Source of the DNA: Acetobacteraceae bacterium
GTDB lineage: Bacteria; Pseudomonadota; Alphaproteobacteria; Acetobacterales; Acetobacteraceae
Length of the DNA: 45,938 bases
Reading direction: 5' to 3'
Assembly: GCA_035497095.1 (NCBI GenBank)
Contig: DATJEA010000248.1
Span: 1 to 45,938 of the forward strand
Part shown: positions 34,308 to 42,922 of the stretch, in pieces
Layout: the number at the start of each line of letters is the position of its first letter
How positions within the stretch are numbered: position 1 is the first letter of the stretch
Translations under genes and position numbers: made by a program
The notes under the pieces: generated by a model
The model's input: only the letters and a program-made list of their open reading frames with translations
What the model was told of the DNA's origin: nothing
Database searches by the model: none

Positions 34308-36142
34308 TTCACGGCCTCGAGTTGCTGGACGGCGGGCGTAGGCGCGACGACATCGCCGATGGCGCCGGCGATGAAGCACGCGGTGATCGGCGAGCCGTCG
34401 AAATGCAGCACCTTGGTCAGGCGCTTCGGGTCGATCTCGCCCTCGTTGACCAGCAGGCTGCGCAACTGCGCATCGCGGTTCTGCTCGACGACGAATATCG
34501 TGTCATGCTCTGCGATGAACGCCATCACCTCATCGCCGAACGGGAAGCCGCGCACCCGCAGCGCATCCACGCCGATGCCGCGGGCCGCCAATATCTCCAC
34601 CGCCTCGTCCATCGCCGGGCTGGTGGAGCCGTAATAGATCGCCCCGATCCGCGTCGGCGCCGCCGCATCGCGGCGGATCGCCGATGGAACCAGCGTCTTC
34701 GCGGTCTCGAACTTGTGCAGCAGCCGCTCCATGTTGTCCTGATAGGCGTCGCCGGCTTCGGTATATTTCGCGAAACGGTCGCGCGAGGTGCCGCGGGTGA
34801 AGAAGCTGCCCTTGGTCGGGTGGGTGCCGGGATAGGTGCGATACGGAATCCCGTCGCCGTCCACGTCAAGATACCGCCCGAACACCCGCCCGGCCTCCAG
34901 TTCCTCCGCGGTCATCACCTTACCGCGGTCCAGCACCCTTCTGTCGTCCCAGTTGAACGGCGCGCAGAGCCGGTCGTTCATGCCGATATCGAGGTCGAGC
35001 AGCACGAACACCGGTGTCTGCAGCCTATCCGCCAGATCGAACGCCAGCGCGCCAAACTCGAAGCACTCATGCGGGTCTTCCGGGAACAGCAACACATGCT
35101 TGGTGTCGCCATGGCTGGCATAGGCGGCACTCAGCACGTCGCATTGCTGCGTCCGCGTCGGCATGCCGGTCGACGGCCCGGCCCGCTGCACGTCGAACAG
35201 CACCGCCGGAATCTCGGCAAAATACGCCAGCCCGATGAACTCCTGCATCAGCGAGATGCCTGGCCCCGACGTCGCGGTAAACGCCCGCGCCCCGTTCCAC
35301 GCCGCCCCGATCACCATGCCGATGGAGGCCAGCTCGTCCTCCGCCTGCACGATGGCGAACTTCTTGCGCCCGGTTTCCTTTTCCACCCGGAACCGATTGC
35401 AATAGCCGGTGAACGCCTCGGCCAGCGACGTGGACGGCGTGATCGGATACCAGGCGCACACCGTCGCCCCGCCATACACCGCCCCCAGCCCGGCCGCCGC
35501 ATTGCCTTCGATGAAGATGCGGTCGCCCACCTTGTCGGACGCCCGCACCCGAAGCCCGATCGGGCAGGCGAGATTGGCCAGCGCCCAGTCCCGCCCCAGA
35601 TGCAGCGCTTCCACATTGGCGCCGATCAGCTTCGCCTTGGAGCGGAACTGCTCGCCCAGCAGCGTCTCGATCACCTGCGGATCGATCTCCAGCAATGCCG
35701 AAAGCGCCCCGACATACATGATGTTCTTGAACAACTGCCGCTGCCGGCTGTCGCTGTACTGCGCGTTGCAGATCGCGGTAATCGGCACGCCGATCACGTT
35801 CACGTCGTCACGAAACTTCGACGCCGGCATCGGCTTGGTATTGTCGTAGAACAGGTAGCCGCCGGGCACGATCGACTTCACGTCCTGGTCCCAGGTCTGC
35901 GGATTCATCGCCACCATCAGATCGGTGCCGCCGCGCGCCCCCATATGGTTCGCCTCGGACACCCGCACCTCATACCAGGTCGGCAACCCCTGGATGTTCG
36001 ACGGAAAGATGTTGCGCGGCGTCGCCGGCACCCCCATCCGCAGGATCGACCGCGCGAACAGCTTGTTCGCCGAAGCCGAGCCGGAGCCGTTGACGTTGGC
36101 GAACTTCACCACAAAGTCATTAACCGCCTGCAAGGTCATCAT
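34304..36142 (-). CDS. korA: 2-oxoglutarate (2-oxoacid):ferredoxin oxidoreductase alpha subunit (fused alpha/gamma type)
   Basis: 612 aa from MMTLQAVNDFVVKFANVNGSGSASAN, which matches the KorA N-terminus. The pyruvate-flavodoxin/ferredoxin oxidoreductase core is visible (GNAAAGLGAVYGG...YPITPST). Confidence 0.9.
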   Translation of the reverse strand: MMTLQAVNDFVVKFANVNGSGSASANKLFARSILRMGVPATPRNIFPSNIQGLPTWYEVRVSEANHMGARGGTDLMVAMNPQTWDQDVKSIVPGGYLFYDNTKPMPASKFRDDVNVIGVPITAICNAQYSDSRQRQLFKNIMYVGALSALLEIDPQVIETLLGEQFRSKAKLIGANVEALHLGRDWALANLACPIGLRVRASDKVGDRIFIEGNAAAGLGAVYGGATVCAWYPITPSTSLAEAFTGYCNRFRVEKETGRKKFAIVQAEDELASIGMVIGAAWNGARAFTATSGPGISLMQEFIGLAYFAEIPAVLFDVQRAGPSTGMPTRTQQCDVLSAAYASHGDTKHVLLFPEDPHECFEFGALAFDLADRLQTPVFVLLDLDIGMNDRLCAPFNWDDRRVLDRGKVMTAEELEAGRVFGRYLDVDGDGIPYRTYPGTHPTKGSFFTRGTSRDRFAKYTEAGDAYQDNMERLLHKFETAKTLVPSAIRRDAAAPTRIGAIYYGSTSPAMDEAVEILAARGIGVDALRVRGFPFGDEVMAFIAEHDTIFVVEQNRDAQLRSLLVNEGEIDPKRLTKVLHFDGSPITACFIAGAIGDVVAPTPAVQQLEAVK

Positions 36143-37944
36143 GCCGGCACCTTCGCAGCACAGCCCGGCTGCACCTCCGCCATTTGCAGCAGAAAGCGCT
36201 GCATGTCCCACGCCCCGGTCGGGCAGCGCTCGGCGCACAACCCGCAATGCAGGCACACATCCTCGTCCTTGGCCATGATCCGCCCGGTCTTCAAGCCGTC
36301 CGCCACATACAGCGCCTGCTCCAGGTTCTCCGCCGGCGCATTCAGCCGGGCGCGCAACTCCGCCTCCTCGCCATCCTCGGTGAAGGTGATGCAGTCCACC
36401 GGGCAGATATCCACGCAGGCGTCGCACTCGATGCACAATTGCGGCGCGAACACTGTCTGCACATCGCAATTCAGGCAGCGCTGCGCCTCCTTGAACGCCA
36501 TCGCCCGGTCGAACCCCAGCTCCACCTCGGCGGTGATATCGGCCAGCGCCACCGCCTTCTCCTTGTGCGGCACCTTGAAGCGCAGGTCGATCGCCACGTC
36601 GTTGTCGTAGCTCCACTCATGGATGCCCATCTTCTGGCTCACCAGCGTGGTCAACGGCGGCGGCCGCACCGTCACGTCCTGGCCATGGCAGAACCGATCG
36701 ATCGAGATCGCCGCCTGATGCCCATGCGCCACCGCCCAGATGATGTTCTTCGGCCCGAACGCCGCATCGCCGCCGAAAAACACCCGCGGATTGCTCGACT
36801 GGAAGGTCTCGTCATTGACCTTCGGCATCCCCCAGCGATCGAACTCGATGCCGATATCATGCTCGATCCACGGAAACGCGTTCTCCTGCCCCACCGCCAC
36901 CAGCACGTCGTCGCACGGCATCAGCACGTCCGCAGCCCCGGTCGGCACCAGCTTCCGCCGCCCACCCGCGTCATATTCCGCCCGCACCACCTCGAACAGC
37001 ATGCCGGTAAGCCGGCCGTTCTTGTGCTCGAAGCTCTTCGGCACGTGGAAGTTGATGATCGGGATATCCTCGTTGATGGCGTCCTGCTTCTCCCACGGCG
37101 AGGCCTTCATCTCCTCGAAGCCGCTGCGCACCACCACGCGCACGTCCTCGCCGCCGAGCCGGCGCGCCGACCGGCAGCAATCCATCGCGGTGTTGCCGCC
37201 GCCCAGCACCAGCACCCGCCGCCCGATGCTGCTGACATGCCCGAACGACACCGAGGACAGCCAGTCGATGCCGATATGGATATTGGCCGCCGCCTCCCTG
37301 CGCCCCGGCAGATCGAGGTCGCGCCCGCGCGGCGCCCCGCAGCCCACGAACACCGCCGCGTAATCCTCGGCGAGCAGCGCCTTCAGCGAGCCGATGTACG
37401 AATTGTAGCGCATCTCCACGCCCAGCGCGGTGATATACCCCACCTCCTCGTCGATCACGCTCTCCGGCAGTCGGAATTTCGGGATCTGGCTGCGGATGAA
37501 CCCACCACCCTGCGCCTCGCTGTCATACACCACCACCTCATAGCCGGACGCCGCCAGGTCCCGCGCCGTCGCCAGACTGGCCGGCCCGGCGCCGACACAG
37601 GCGATGCGAAAGCCGTTGCGCTCGGCCGGCGGCGTCGGCATGCGATCGCTGACGTCGCCCTTGTAATCGGCCGCCACCCGCTTCAGCCGGCAGATCGCCA
37701 CCGGCTCCTCCTCCACTCGCCCGCGCCGGCAGGCCGGTTCGCACGGCCGGTCGCAGGTGCGCCCCAGAATCCCCGGGAACACGTTGGACTTCCAGTTAAC
37801 CATATAGGCATCGGCGTAGCGGCCATCGGCGATCAGCCGGATATACTCCGGCACCGGGGTATGCGACGGACAGGCCCACTGGCAGTCGACAACCTTATGG
37901 AAATAGGCGGGATCGGTGATGTCGGTCGACTTCAAGACGCTCAA
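36139..37944 (-). CDS. GltD-like NAD(P)H-dependent FAD oxidoreductase fused to a C-terminal 2x[4Fe-4S] ferredoxin domain (KorC-like)
   Basis: N-terminal Cys clusters of glutamate synthase small-subunit type (CQWACPSHTPVPEYI...GRTCDRPCEPAC). Dinucleotide folds (ACVGAGPASLATA, VLVLGGGNTAMDC). C-terminal CIECDACVDICP and CLHCGLCAERCP. The stop overlaps the korA start. The start is TTG 37944 or TTG 37935. Confidence 0.8.
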   Translation of the reverse strand: MSVLKSTDITDPAYFHKVVDCQWACPSHTPVPEYIRLIADGRYADAYMVNWKSNVFPGILGRTCDRPCEPACRRGRVEEEPVAICRLKRVAADYKGDVSDRMPTPPAERNGFRIACVGAGPASLATARDLAASGYEVVVYDSEAQGGGFIRSQIPKFRLPESVIDEEVGYITALGVEMRYNSYIGSLKALLAEDYAAVFVGCGAPRGRDLDLPGRREAAANIHIGIDWLSSVSFGHVSSIGRRVLVLGGGNTAMDCCRSARRLGGEDVRVVVRSGFEEMKASPWEKQDAINEDIPIINFHVPKSFEHKNGRLTGMLFEVVRAEYDAGGRRKLVPTGAADVLMPCDDVLVAVGQENAFPWIEHDIGIEFDRWGMPKVNDETFQSSNPRVFFGGDAAFGPKNIIWAVAHGHQAAISIDRFCHGQDVTVRPPPLTTLVSQKMGIHEWSYDNDVAIDLRFKVPHKEKAVALADITAEVELGFDRAMAFKEAQRCLNCDVQTVFAPQLCIECDACVDICPVDCITFTEDGEEAELRARLNAPAENLEQALYVADGLKTGRIMAKDEDVCLHCGLCAERCPTGAWDMQRFLLQMAEVQPGCAAKVPA

Positions 37945-38099
37945 CTCCCCTTGCCGTCCCGGCGCCGGCTGCGCCGCGTCGCCCCGGCATTTTCGCCTGG
38001 GGATAATTCAGTATGGCACCACCGCCGCCCCTCCGGTAGACCCCCCGCAACGCCGATCAGGGCTGGCGCCGCACCGCTTTTTGCCGCGATGATGCCGGT

Positions 38100-38951
38100 A
38101 TGCGCGCCCTCATCCTGCTGCTCACCCTGCTGCTGCCATTCCCCAGCGCGGCTGCCACCCTCAAGCTCACCACCTGGAACCTGGAATGGCTCACCGCCCG
38201 CCCGCAGGGCGACCCGGCGCTGCCGCGCGACGTGCAGCCGAAGGACCCCGAAGCGATCCACATCCTCAATCGCTACGCCGCCTTCCTGGCGCCCGACGTC
38301 GCCGCCCTGCAGGAAGTCGACGGCCCGGCCATGGCCGCCCGCATCTTCCCGCCCGACCGCTACCGGCTGCATTTCACCAACGACGACGTGGTCCAGCGCG
38401 TCGGCTTCGCAATCCGCCGCGGCCTGCGCTTCACCGCCAACCCCGACCTGGTCGGTCTCACCCTGCACCCCGGCAGCCGGCTGCGCAGCGGCGCCGACAT
38501 CACGCTGGAGCTGCCCTCCGGCCGCCTGCGCCTGCTGGCAGTCCACCTCAAGGCCGGCTGCCGCTCCGACCCGCTGGACCGCTCGCGCCGCCCGCAATGC
38601 GCCACGCTGCGCCAGCAAATCCCTGCCCTGCAAGGCTGGATCGCCCAGCGCCGCGCCGAGGGCGTGCCGTTCGTGCTGATGGGCGACTTCAACCGCTGGA
38701 TGGACGGCCACGACGATGTGTTCGCCGCGCTGTCCAAAACCGGCCCGCTCGCCCGCGCCGAAACCGGGCATTACAGCCCCTGCTGGGGCGGCGGCGGCTT
38801 CATCGACCACATCATCGCCGGCGGTGCCGCACGCGGCTGGATGCAGCCGGACACCCTGCGCGTGCTGGTGTTCCGCGAGCGCGGCCAGGACTGGAAGCGC
38901 CGCCTCACCGACCACTGCCCGGTCTCGGTGCAGTTCCAGGTGCCCGACTGA
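38100..38951 (+). CDS. Secreted endonuclease/exonuclease/phosphatase (EEP) family protein
   Basis: A signal peptide (MRALILLLTLLLPFPSAAA) is followed by TWNLEWL, LQEVD, MGDFN and TDHCPV, the EEP catalytic motifs. Confidence 0.8.
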   Translation: MRALILLLTLLLPFPSAAATLKLTTWNLEWLTARPQGDPALPRDVQPKDPEAIHILNRYAAFLAPDVAALQEVDGPAMAARIFPPDRYRLHFTNDDVVQRVGFAIRRGLRFTANPDLVGLTLHPGSRLRSGADITLELPSGRLRLLAVHLKAGCRSDPLDRSRRPQCATLRQQIPALQGWIAQRRAEGVPFVLMGDFNRWMDGHDDVFAALSKTGPLARAETGHYSPCWGGGGFIDHIIAGGAARGWMQPDTLRVLVFRERGQDWKRRLTDHCPVSVQFQVPD

Positions 38952-39004
38952 CGCTTCCCCCATCGCCTGCTATGCTGACCCGGCAAAACAGCGGAGCACC
39001 TGCA

Positions 39005-39757
39005 ATGAGCCTGACAGTCCTGGTCACCGGCGCCTCGGCCGGCTTTGGCGCGGCGATCGCGCGGCGCCTGGTGGCCGATGGCCATCGCGTCATCGCCGCC
39101 GCCCGCCGGCAGCAGCGGCTGGCCGCCCTGGCCGCCGAACTCGGCGACCGCCTGCTGCCGATCACGCTCGACGTCACCGACGCCGCCGCCGTCGCCGCCC
39201 TGCCCGCCAGCCTGCCGGAGGCGTGGCGAGCGGTCGATGTGCTGGTCAACAATGCCGGCCTCGGCCTCGGCCTCTCCCCGGCCTGGCAGGCCGATCTGGC
39301 GCAGTGGGACACCATGGTGGCAACCAACGTCACCGGCCTGATCCACATGACCCGCGCGCTGCTGCCCGGCATGGTGGAGCGCGACCGCGGCCATGTGATC
39401 AACATCTCCAGCACCGCGGCGATCTACCCCTATCCGGGCGGCCACGTGTATGGCGCCTCGAAAGCCTTCGTCACCCAGTTCAGCCTCAATTTGCGCGCCG
39501 ATCTGGTCGGCACCGGGGTGCGCGTCACCGACCTGGAGCCTGGTCTGGTCGGCGGTTCGGAATTCTCCCAGGTGCGCTTCGGCGACGCCGCCCGCGCCGC
39601 CGCGGTCTATGCCGGCACCACGCCGCTCAACCCGGAGAACATCGCCGAGGCGGTCGCCTGGGTGCTGGCGCTGCCGGCGCATATGAACGTCAATCGCATG
39701 GAACTGATGCCGACCTGCCAGGCGCCCTCGGCGCTGACCATCAAGCGCAAGACCTGA
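39005..39757 (+). CDS. Short-chain dehydrogenase/reductase, YdfG-like NADP-dependent 3-hydroxy acid dehydrogenase
   Basis: It has TGASAGFG, NNAG and YGASKAF (YxxxK), and is 250 aa long. Confidence 0.8.
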   Translation: MSLTVLVTGASAGFGAAIARRLVADGHRVIAAARRQQRLAALAAELGDRLLPITLDVTDAAAVAALPASLPEAWRAVDVLVNNAGLGLGLSPAWQADLAQWDTMVATNVTGLIHMTRALLPGMVERDRGHVINISSTAAIYPYPGGHVYGASKAFVTQFSLNLRADLVGTGVRVTDLEPGLVGGSEFSQVRFGDAARAAAVYAGTTPLNPENIAEAVAWVLALPAHMNVNRMELMPTCQAPSALTIKRKT

Positions 39758-39764
39758 ACCGCGG

Positions 39765-40997
39765 GTGCGCCACCCGCTCCTGCGCATCACCCTGCCGCTC
39801 TCCGGGGTCAACTTCCTGACCCAGGCAGCGCGCGCGGTGCTCTCGGTGGTCGGGCCGGTGCTGGCGGTGCAGTACGGGCTGTCGGCCAGCCAACTCGGCC
39901 TGCTCAGCGCGGTGATGTTCGCCGCCTACGGGCTGTGGCAATTGCCGGTCGGCCTGCTGCTCGACCTGTACGGGCCGCGCGCGGTGCAAACCTGCATGGC
40001 CGTGGTGGCCGCCGCCGGTTTCGCCGCCTTCGCGCTGGCCGATGGCATGACCGGCTTCATGCTGGCCCGCGCGCTGATGGGCGTCGGCGTCGCCTCCGGG
40101 CTGATGGCGGTGCTGAAGGCGCACAGCCTGTGGTTCCAGCGGCATCAGGTGGCGGCCGTCACCGGCATCGCCATGGTGGTGGCCGGCAGCGGCGGCCTCG
40201 CCGTCACCGCCCCGGCCGACGCGCTGCTGCCGCTGATCGGCTGGCGCGGCGTGTTCTGGGTGCTGGCCGCCCTCGGCCTGCTCAGCGCCGCCGCCTGCTG
40301 GCTGTCGGTGCGCGAACCGCCTCGCGCCGAAGCCGGCGGCCGGCGCCGCGATGGGCGCAAGGTCGCCGAGGCGGTCGCGGTGGTCGGCGCGATCTATTCC
40401 CACCCGGTGTTCTGGCGCTTCACCCCGTCGGTGATCCTGCTGACCATCATCAATTTCTCCTACCAGGCGCTGTGGGCCGGCCCCTGGCTGCGCGACGTCG
40501 CCGGGCTGGGCGGCAGCGCGCGGGCCAGCGTGCTGTTCTGCTACGCGCTGGGGCTGATGGCCGGCGCCTTCGTCACCGGCCAACTGGCCACGCGGATGCA
40601 GGCGCGCGGCTGGTCGCCGATGACCATCCCGTTCGCCTGCGCGTTCGGGGTGATGGCGGTGCAACTGGCGCTGCTCTGCGGCCCGACCGGCCATCTCACC
40701 GTCACCCTGCTCTGGGTGGCGCTGCCGTTCTTCGCCTCGGCCGGCCCGGCCGGCTATGCGGCGATCGCGCAGATCTTCCCGGTCGAGCAGATGGGCCGGG
40801 TCTCGACGGCGATCAACACCATCACCCTGGCCGGCGCCTTCGCGTTGCAGACGGCGATCGGCGCCATCCTGGACCTCTGGCCGCGCACCGCCAGCGGCGG
40901 CTGGGCCAGCGCCGGCTATGGCTGGGCGCTGGCGCTGTCGATCGCCCTGCAACTGGCCGCCCTGGTCTGGGCAGCGCTGCCCCGCCACCGGCGCTAG
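39765..40997 (+). CDS. MFS transporter
   Basis: 410 aa, about 12 hydrophobic segments, and a GLLLDLYGPR loop resembling MFS motif A. GTG start. Confidence 0.75.
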   Translation: MRHPLLRITLPLSGVNFLTQAARAVLSVVGPVLAVQYGLSASQLGLLSAVMFAAYGLWQLPVGLLLDLYGPRAVQTCMAVVAAAGFAAFALADGMTGFMLARALMGVGVASGLMAVLKAHSLWFQRHQVAAVTGIAMVVAGSGGLAVTAPADALLPLIGWRGVFWVLAALGLLSAAACWLSVREPPRAEAGGRRRDGRKVAEAVAVVGAIYSHPVFWRFTPSVILLTIINFSYQALWAGPWLRDVAGLGGSARASVLFCYALGLMAGAFVTGQLATRMQARGWSPMTIPFACAFGVMAVQLALLCGPTGHLTVTLLWVALPFFASAGPAGYAAIAQIFPVEQMGRVSTAINTITLAGAFALQTAIGAILDLWPRTASGGWASAGYGWALALSIALQLAALVWAALPRHRR

Positions 40998-41066
40998 CTT
41001 GCCCAGCAGCCCCCCGCTTGCCCAGCAGTCCGGGGCGCGGCAGGCTGGCGCAGGGGGAACCGAACC

Positions 41067-42023
41067 ATGCATCTGCTGTCCGGCCGCGACGTTGCCAGCC
41101 TGGTCGAGATCGCCGACCTGATCGCGCCGCTGGAAGCCGCGATGATCCAGGTTTCCGCCGGCAACGCCGAATTGCCGCTGCGCAGCATGGTGAAACTGCC
41201 AGGCGGCAACGCGATGGGCATCATGGGCGGCGCGCTCGGCGACCCGCCCGGTCATGGCATCAAGGTGCTGAGCCTGTTCCCCGACAACCCGCGCCACGGC
41301 CGCTCCTCGCATGCCGGGCTGATGCTGCTGTTCGACGCCGAAACCGGCCTGCCGCTGCTGTGCATGGATGCCGCCGTGCTGACCGCGATCCGCACCGCCG
41401 CCGCCAGCGCGGTCGCCACCAAGGCGCTGGCCCGGCCGGACGCCTCGGTGCTGGCGATCCTCGGCACCGGCGAACAGGCCGGCAGCCATGTCGCCGCCAT
41501 GCGCGCGGTCCGCCCGATCAGCCGCATCCTGGTCTGGGGCCGCGACCCGGCCAAAACCGCCGCCTTCGCCGCGCAACACGGCGCCGAGCCGGCCGCAAGC
41601 GTCGCCGCCGCGGTAGCGCCGGCCGATATCATCGTCACCGCCACCCCCGCCCGCACCCCGTTCCTGCTGGCCGAGATGCTGCGCCCCGGCCAGCACATCA
41701 ACGCGGTCGGCGCCAGCGTGGCCAGCATGCAGGAACTGGAAGCCGCCTGCCTGCAACGCGCCAGCCTGTTCACCGACTACATCCCCTCGATGGAACCGCA
41801 GGCCGCCGAACTGATCGCCGCCCGCCGCCAGGGTCTGATCGCACTGAACCATCCGATCACCGAAATCGGCGCGGTGCTGGCCGGCAGCCCCGGCCGCAAG
41901 GATGCCGGCGAGATCACCCTGTACCGCTCGCTCGGCATCGCCGCGCAAGACCTGGCGGCGGCGCATTTCATCCTGGCCCGCGCCCGTACCCGGGGTGTGG
42001 GGAGCGAGTTGGACATCACATGA
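41067..42023 (+). CDS. Ornithine cyclodeaminase / mu-crystallin family protein
   Basis: 318 aa. It has LTAIRTAAASAVATKALAR followed by the Rossmann motif ILGTGEQAGSH, typical of the OCD/mu-crystallin family. Confidence 0.85.
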   Translation: MHLLSGRDVASLVEIADLIAPLEAAMIQVSAGNAELPLRSMVKLPGGNAMGIMGGALGDPPGHGIKVLSLFPDNPRHGRSSHAGLMLLFDAETGLPLLCMDAAVLTAIRTAAASAVATKALARPDASVLAILGTGEQAGSHVAAMRAVRPISRILVWGRDPAKTAAFAAQHGAEPAASVAAAVAPADIIVTATPARTPFLLAEMLRPGQHINAVGASVASMQELEAACLQRASLFTDYIPSMEPQAAELIAARRQGLIALNHPITEIGAVLAGSPGRKDAGEITLYRSLGIAAQDLAAAHFILARARTRGVGSELDIT

Positions 42024-42042
42024 TCCGGGCCGACTGAAGCAA

Positions 42043-42082
42043 GCAAGGCCTTCTTTTTGTGAACAAAAGGAAGCAAAACAAC
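42043..42082 (+). repeat. MITE-like element, solo half copy (A-type terminal module)
   Basis: The sequence is GCAAGGCCTTCTTTTTGTGAACAAAAGGAAGCAAAACAAC. It lies 19 nt after the OCD stop and 24 nt before the SDR start. Confidence 0.8.
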
Positions 42083-42106
42083 TTTTCATGCAAAAGAGGA
42101 GACGAG

Positions 42107-42874
42107 ATGAGCGGGCTGGTGGAGGGCAAGGTGGCGCTGGTGACCGGGGGGGCGTCCGGCATCGGCCGGGCGGCGGCGCTGGCGTTCGCGCGCGAGGGAG
42201 CACTGGTGGCGGTGGCCGACCGGACCGAGGCAGCCGCGCAGGCGACGGTGGCGATGATCAACGCCACCGGCGGCCAGGCGATCGCCATCGCCGCCGACGT
42301 GACCCACGCGGAGGACGTCGCCGCCATGGTGGCGCGCACGCTGATCGCCTTCGGGCGGCTCGATTGCGCGTTCAACAACGCCGGCATCGCACCCTTCCAG
42401 GTGGGCTCGCTGGGGCAGAAACTGCACGAAACCGGCGAGGCATCCTGGGCGGCGGTGCTGGCGGTGAATCTCACCGGCGTGTTCCTGTGCATGAAGCACC
42501 AGGTGCCGGCCATGCTGCGCCAGGGCGGCGGCTCGATCGTCAACACCGCCTCGATCGCCGGCCTGGTCGGGCTGCCGACCTCCTCGGCCTATGTCGCCAG
42601 CAAGCATGCGGTGATCGGGATCACCAAGACCGCGGCGCTGGAATATGCGCTGGATCGTATCCGGGTGAACGCGGTGTGCCCGGGCTATATCCGCACGCCG
42701 ATGACCGATGCCTCGGTGGAACGCCGCGGCGAGGAGTTGATGAGCAAGATCCCGGTGCGGCGGATCGGCGAGCCGGATGATATCGCCGAGGCGGTGGTGT
42801 GGATGAGCTCCGACCGGGCGGGCTACATCACCGGCTCGGCCTATGCGGTTGATGGCGGCTATAGCGCCATGTAA
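42107..42874 (+). CDS. Short-chain dehydrogenase/reductase (classical SDR)
   Basis: It has VTGGASGIGRA, NNAG and SAYVASKHAV (YxxxK). GAGGAG lies upstream of the ATG at 42107. The ORF-track start at 42059 lies inside the repeat and was rejected. Confidence 0.85.
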   Translation: MSGLVEGKVALVTGGASGIGRAAALAFAREGALVAVADRTEAAAQATVAMINATGGQAIAIAADVTHAEDVAAMVARTLIAFGRLDCAFNNAGIAPFQVGSLGQKLHETGEASWAAVLAVNLTGVFLCMKHQVPAMLRQGGGSIVNTASIAGLVGLPTSSAYVASKHAVIGITKTAALEYALDRIRVNAVCPGYIRTPMTDASVERRGEELMSKIPVRRIGEPDDIAEAVVWMSSDRAGYITGSAYAVDGGYSAM

Positions 42875-42889
42875 TCCAGCGGGGCCAGG

Positions 42890-42910
42890 GAGGGGGACTT
42901 GGTCCCCCTC
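42890..42910. terminator. GC-rich hairpin between convergent genes (candidate bidirectional terminator)
   Basis: GAGGGGGAC-TTG-GTCCCCCTC, a perfect 9-bp stem. It lies 16 nt after the SDR stop and 13 nt after the minus-strand binding-protein stop. No strong U-run follows on either side. Confidence 0.45.
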
Positions 42911-42922
42911 TCGGGCGTTGCC

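Noticed and set aside
36184-38679. Very long antisense or alternative-frame ORFs. Examples are 36184-38679 (831 aa), 39741-42203 (820 aa), 32250-34634 (794 aa), 34322-36610, 133-2001, 3433-5379, 16366-17610 and 12948-14294.
   Set aside because: They are typical high-GC shadow ORFs. Their translations are low-complexity and rich in Arg, Gly, Ala, Pro and His, with no recognisable motifs. Each is fully overlapped by a gene on another frame or strand that carries clear family signatures and GC3 bias.
6865-42082. Whether the repeat family could be integron attC sites or a dispersed CRISPR-like array.
   Set aside because: - The ends lack the attC core sites (RYYYAAC / GTTRRRY); they read AAAAAAC / GTTTTTT.
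- There is no integrase, and the neighbouring genes are housekeeping or operonic rather than cassettes.
- The spacing is kilobases, with no short unique spacers or cas genes, so it is not CRISPR.
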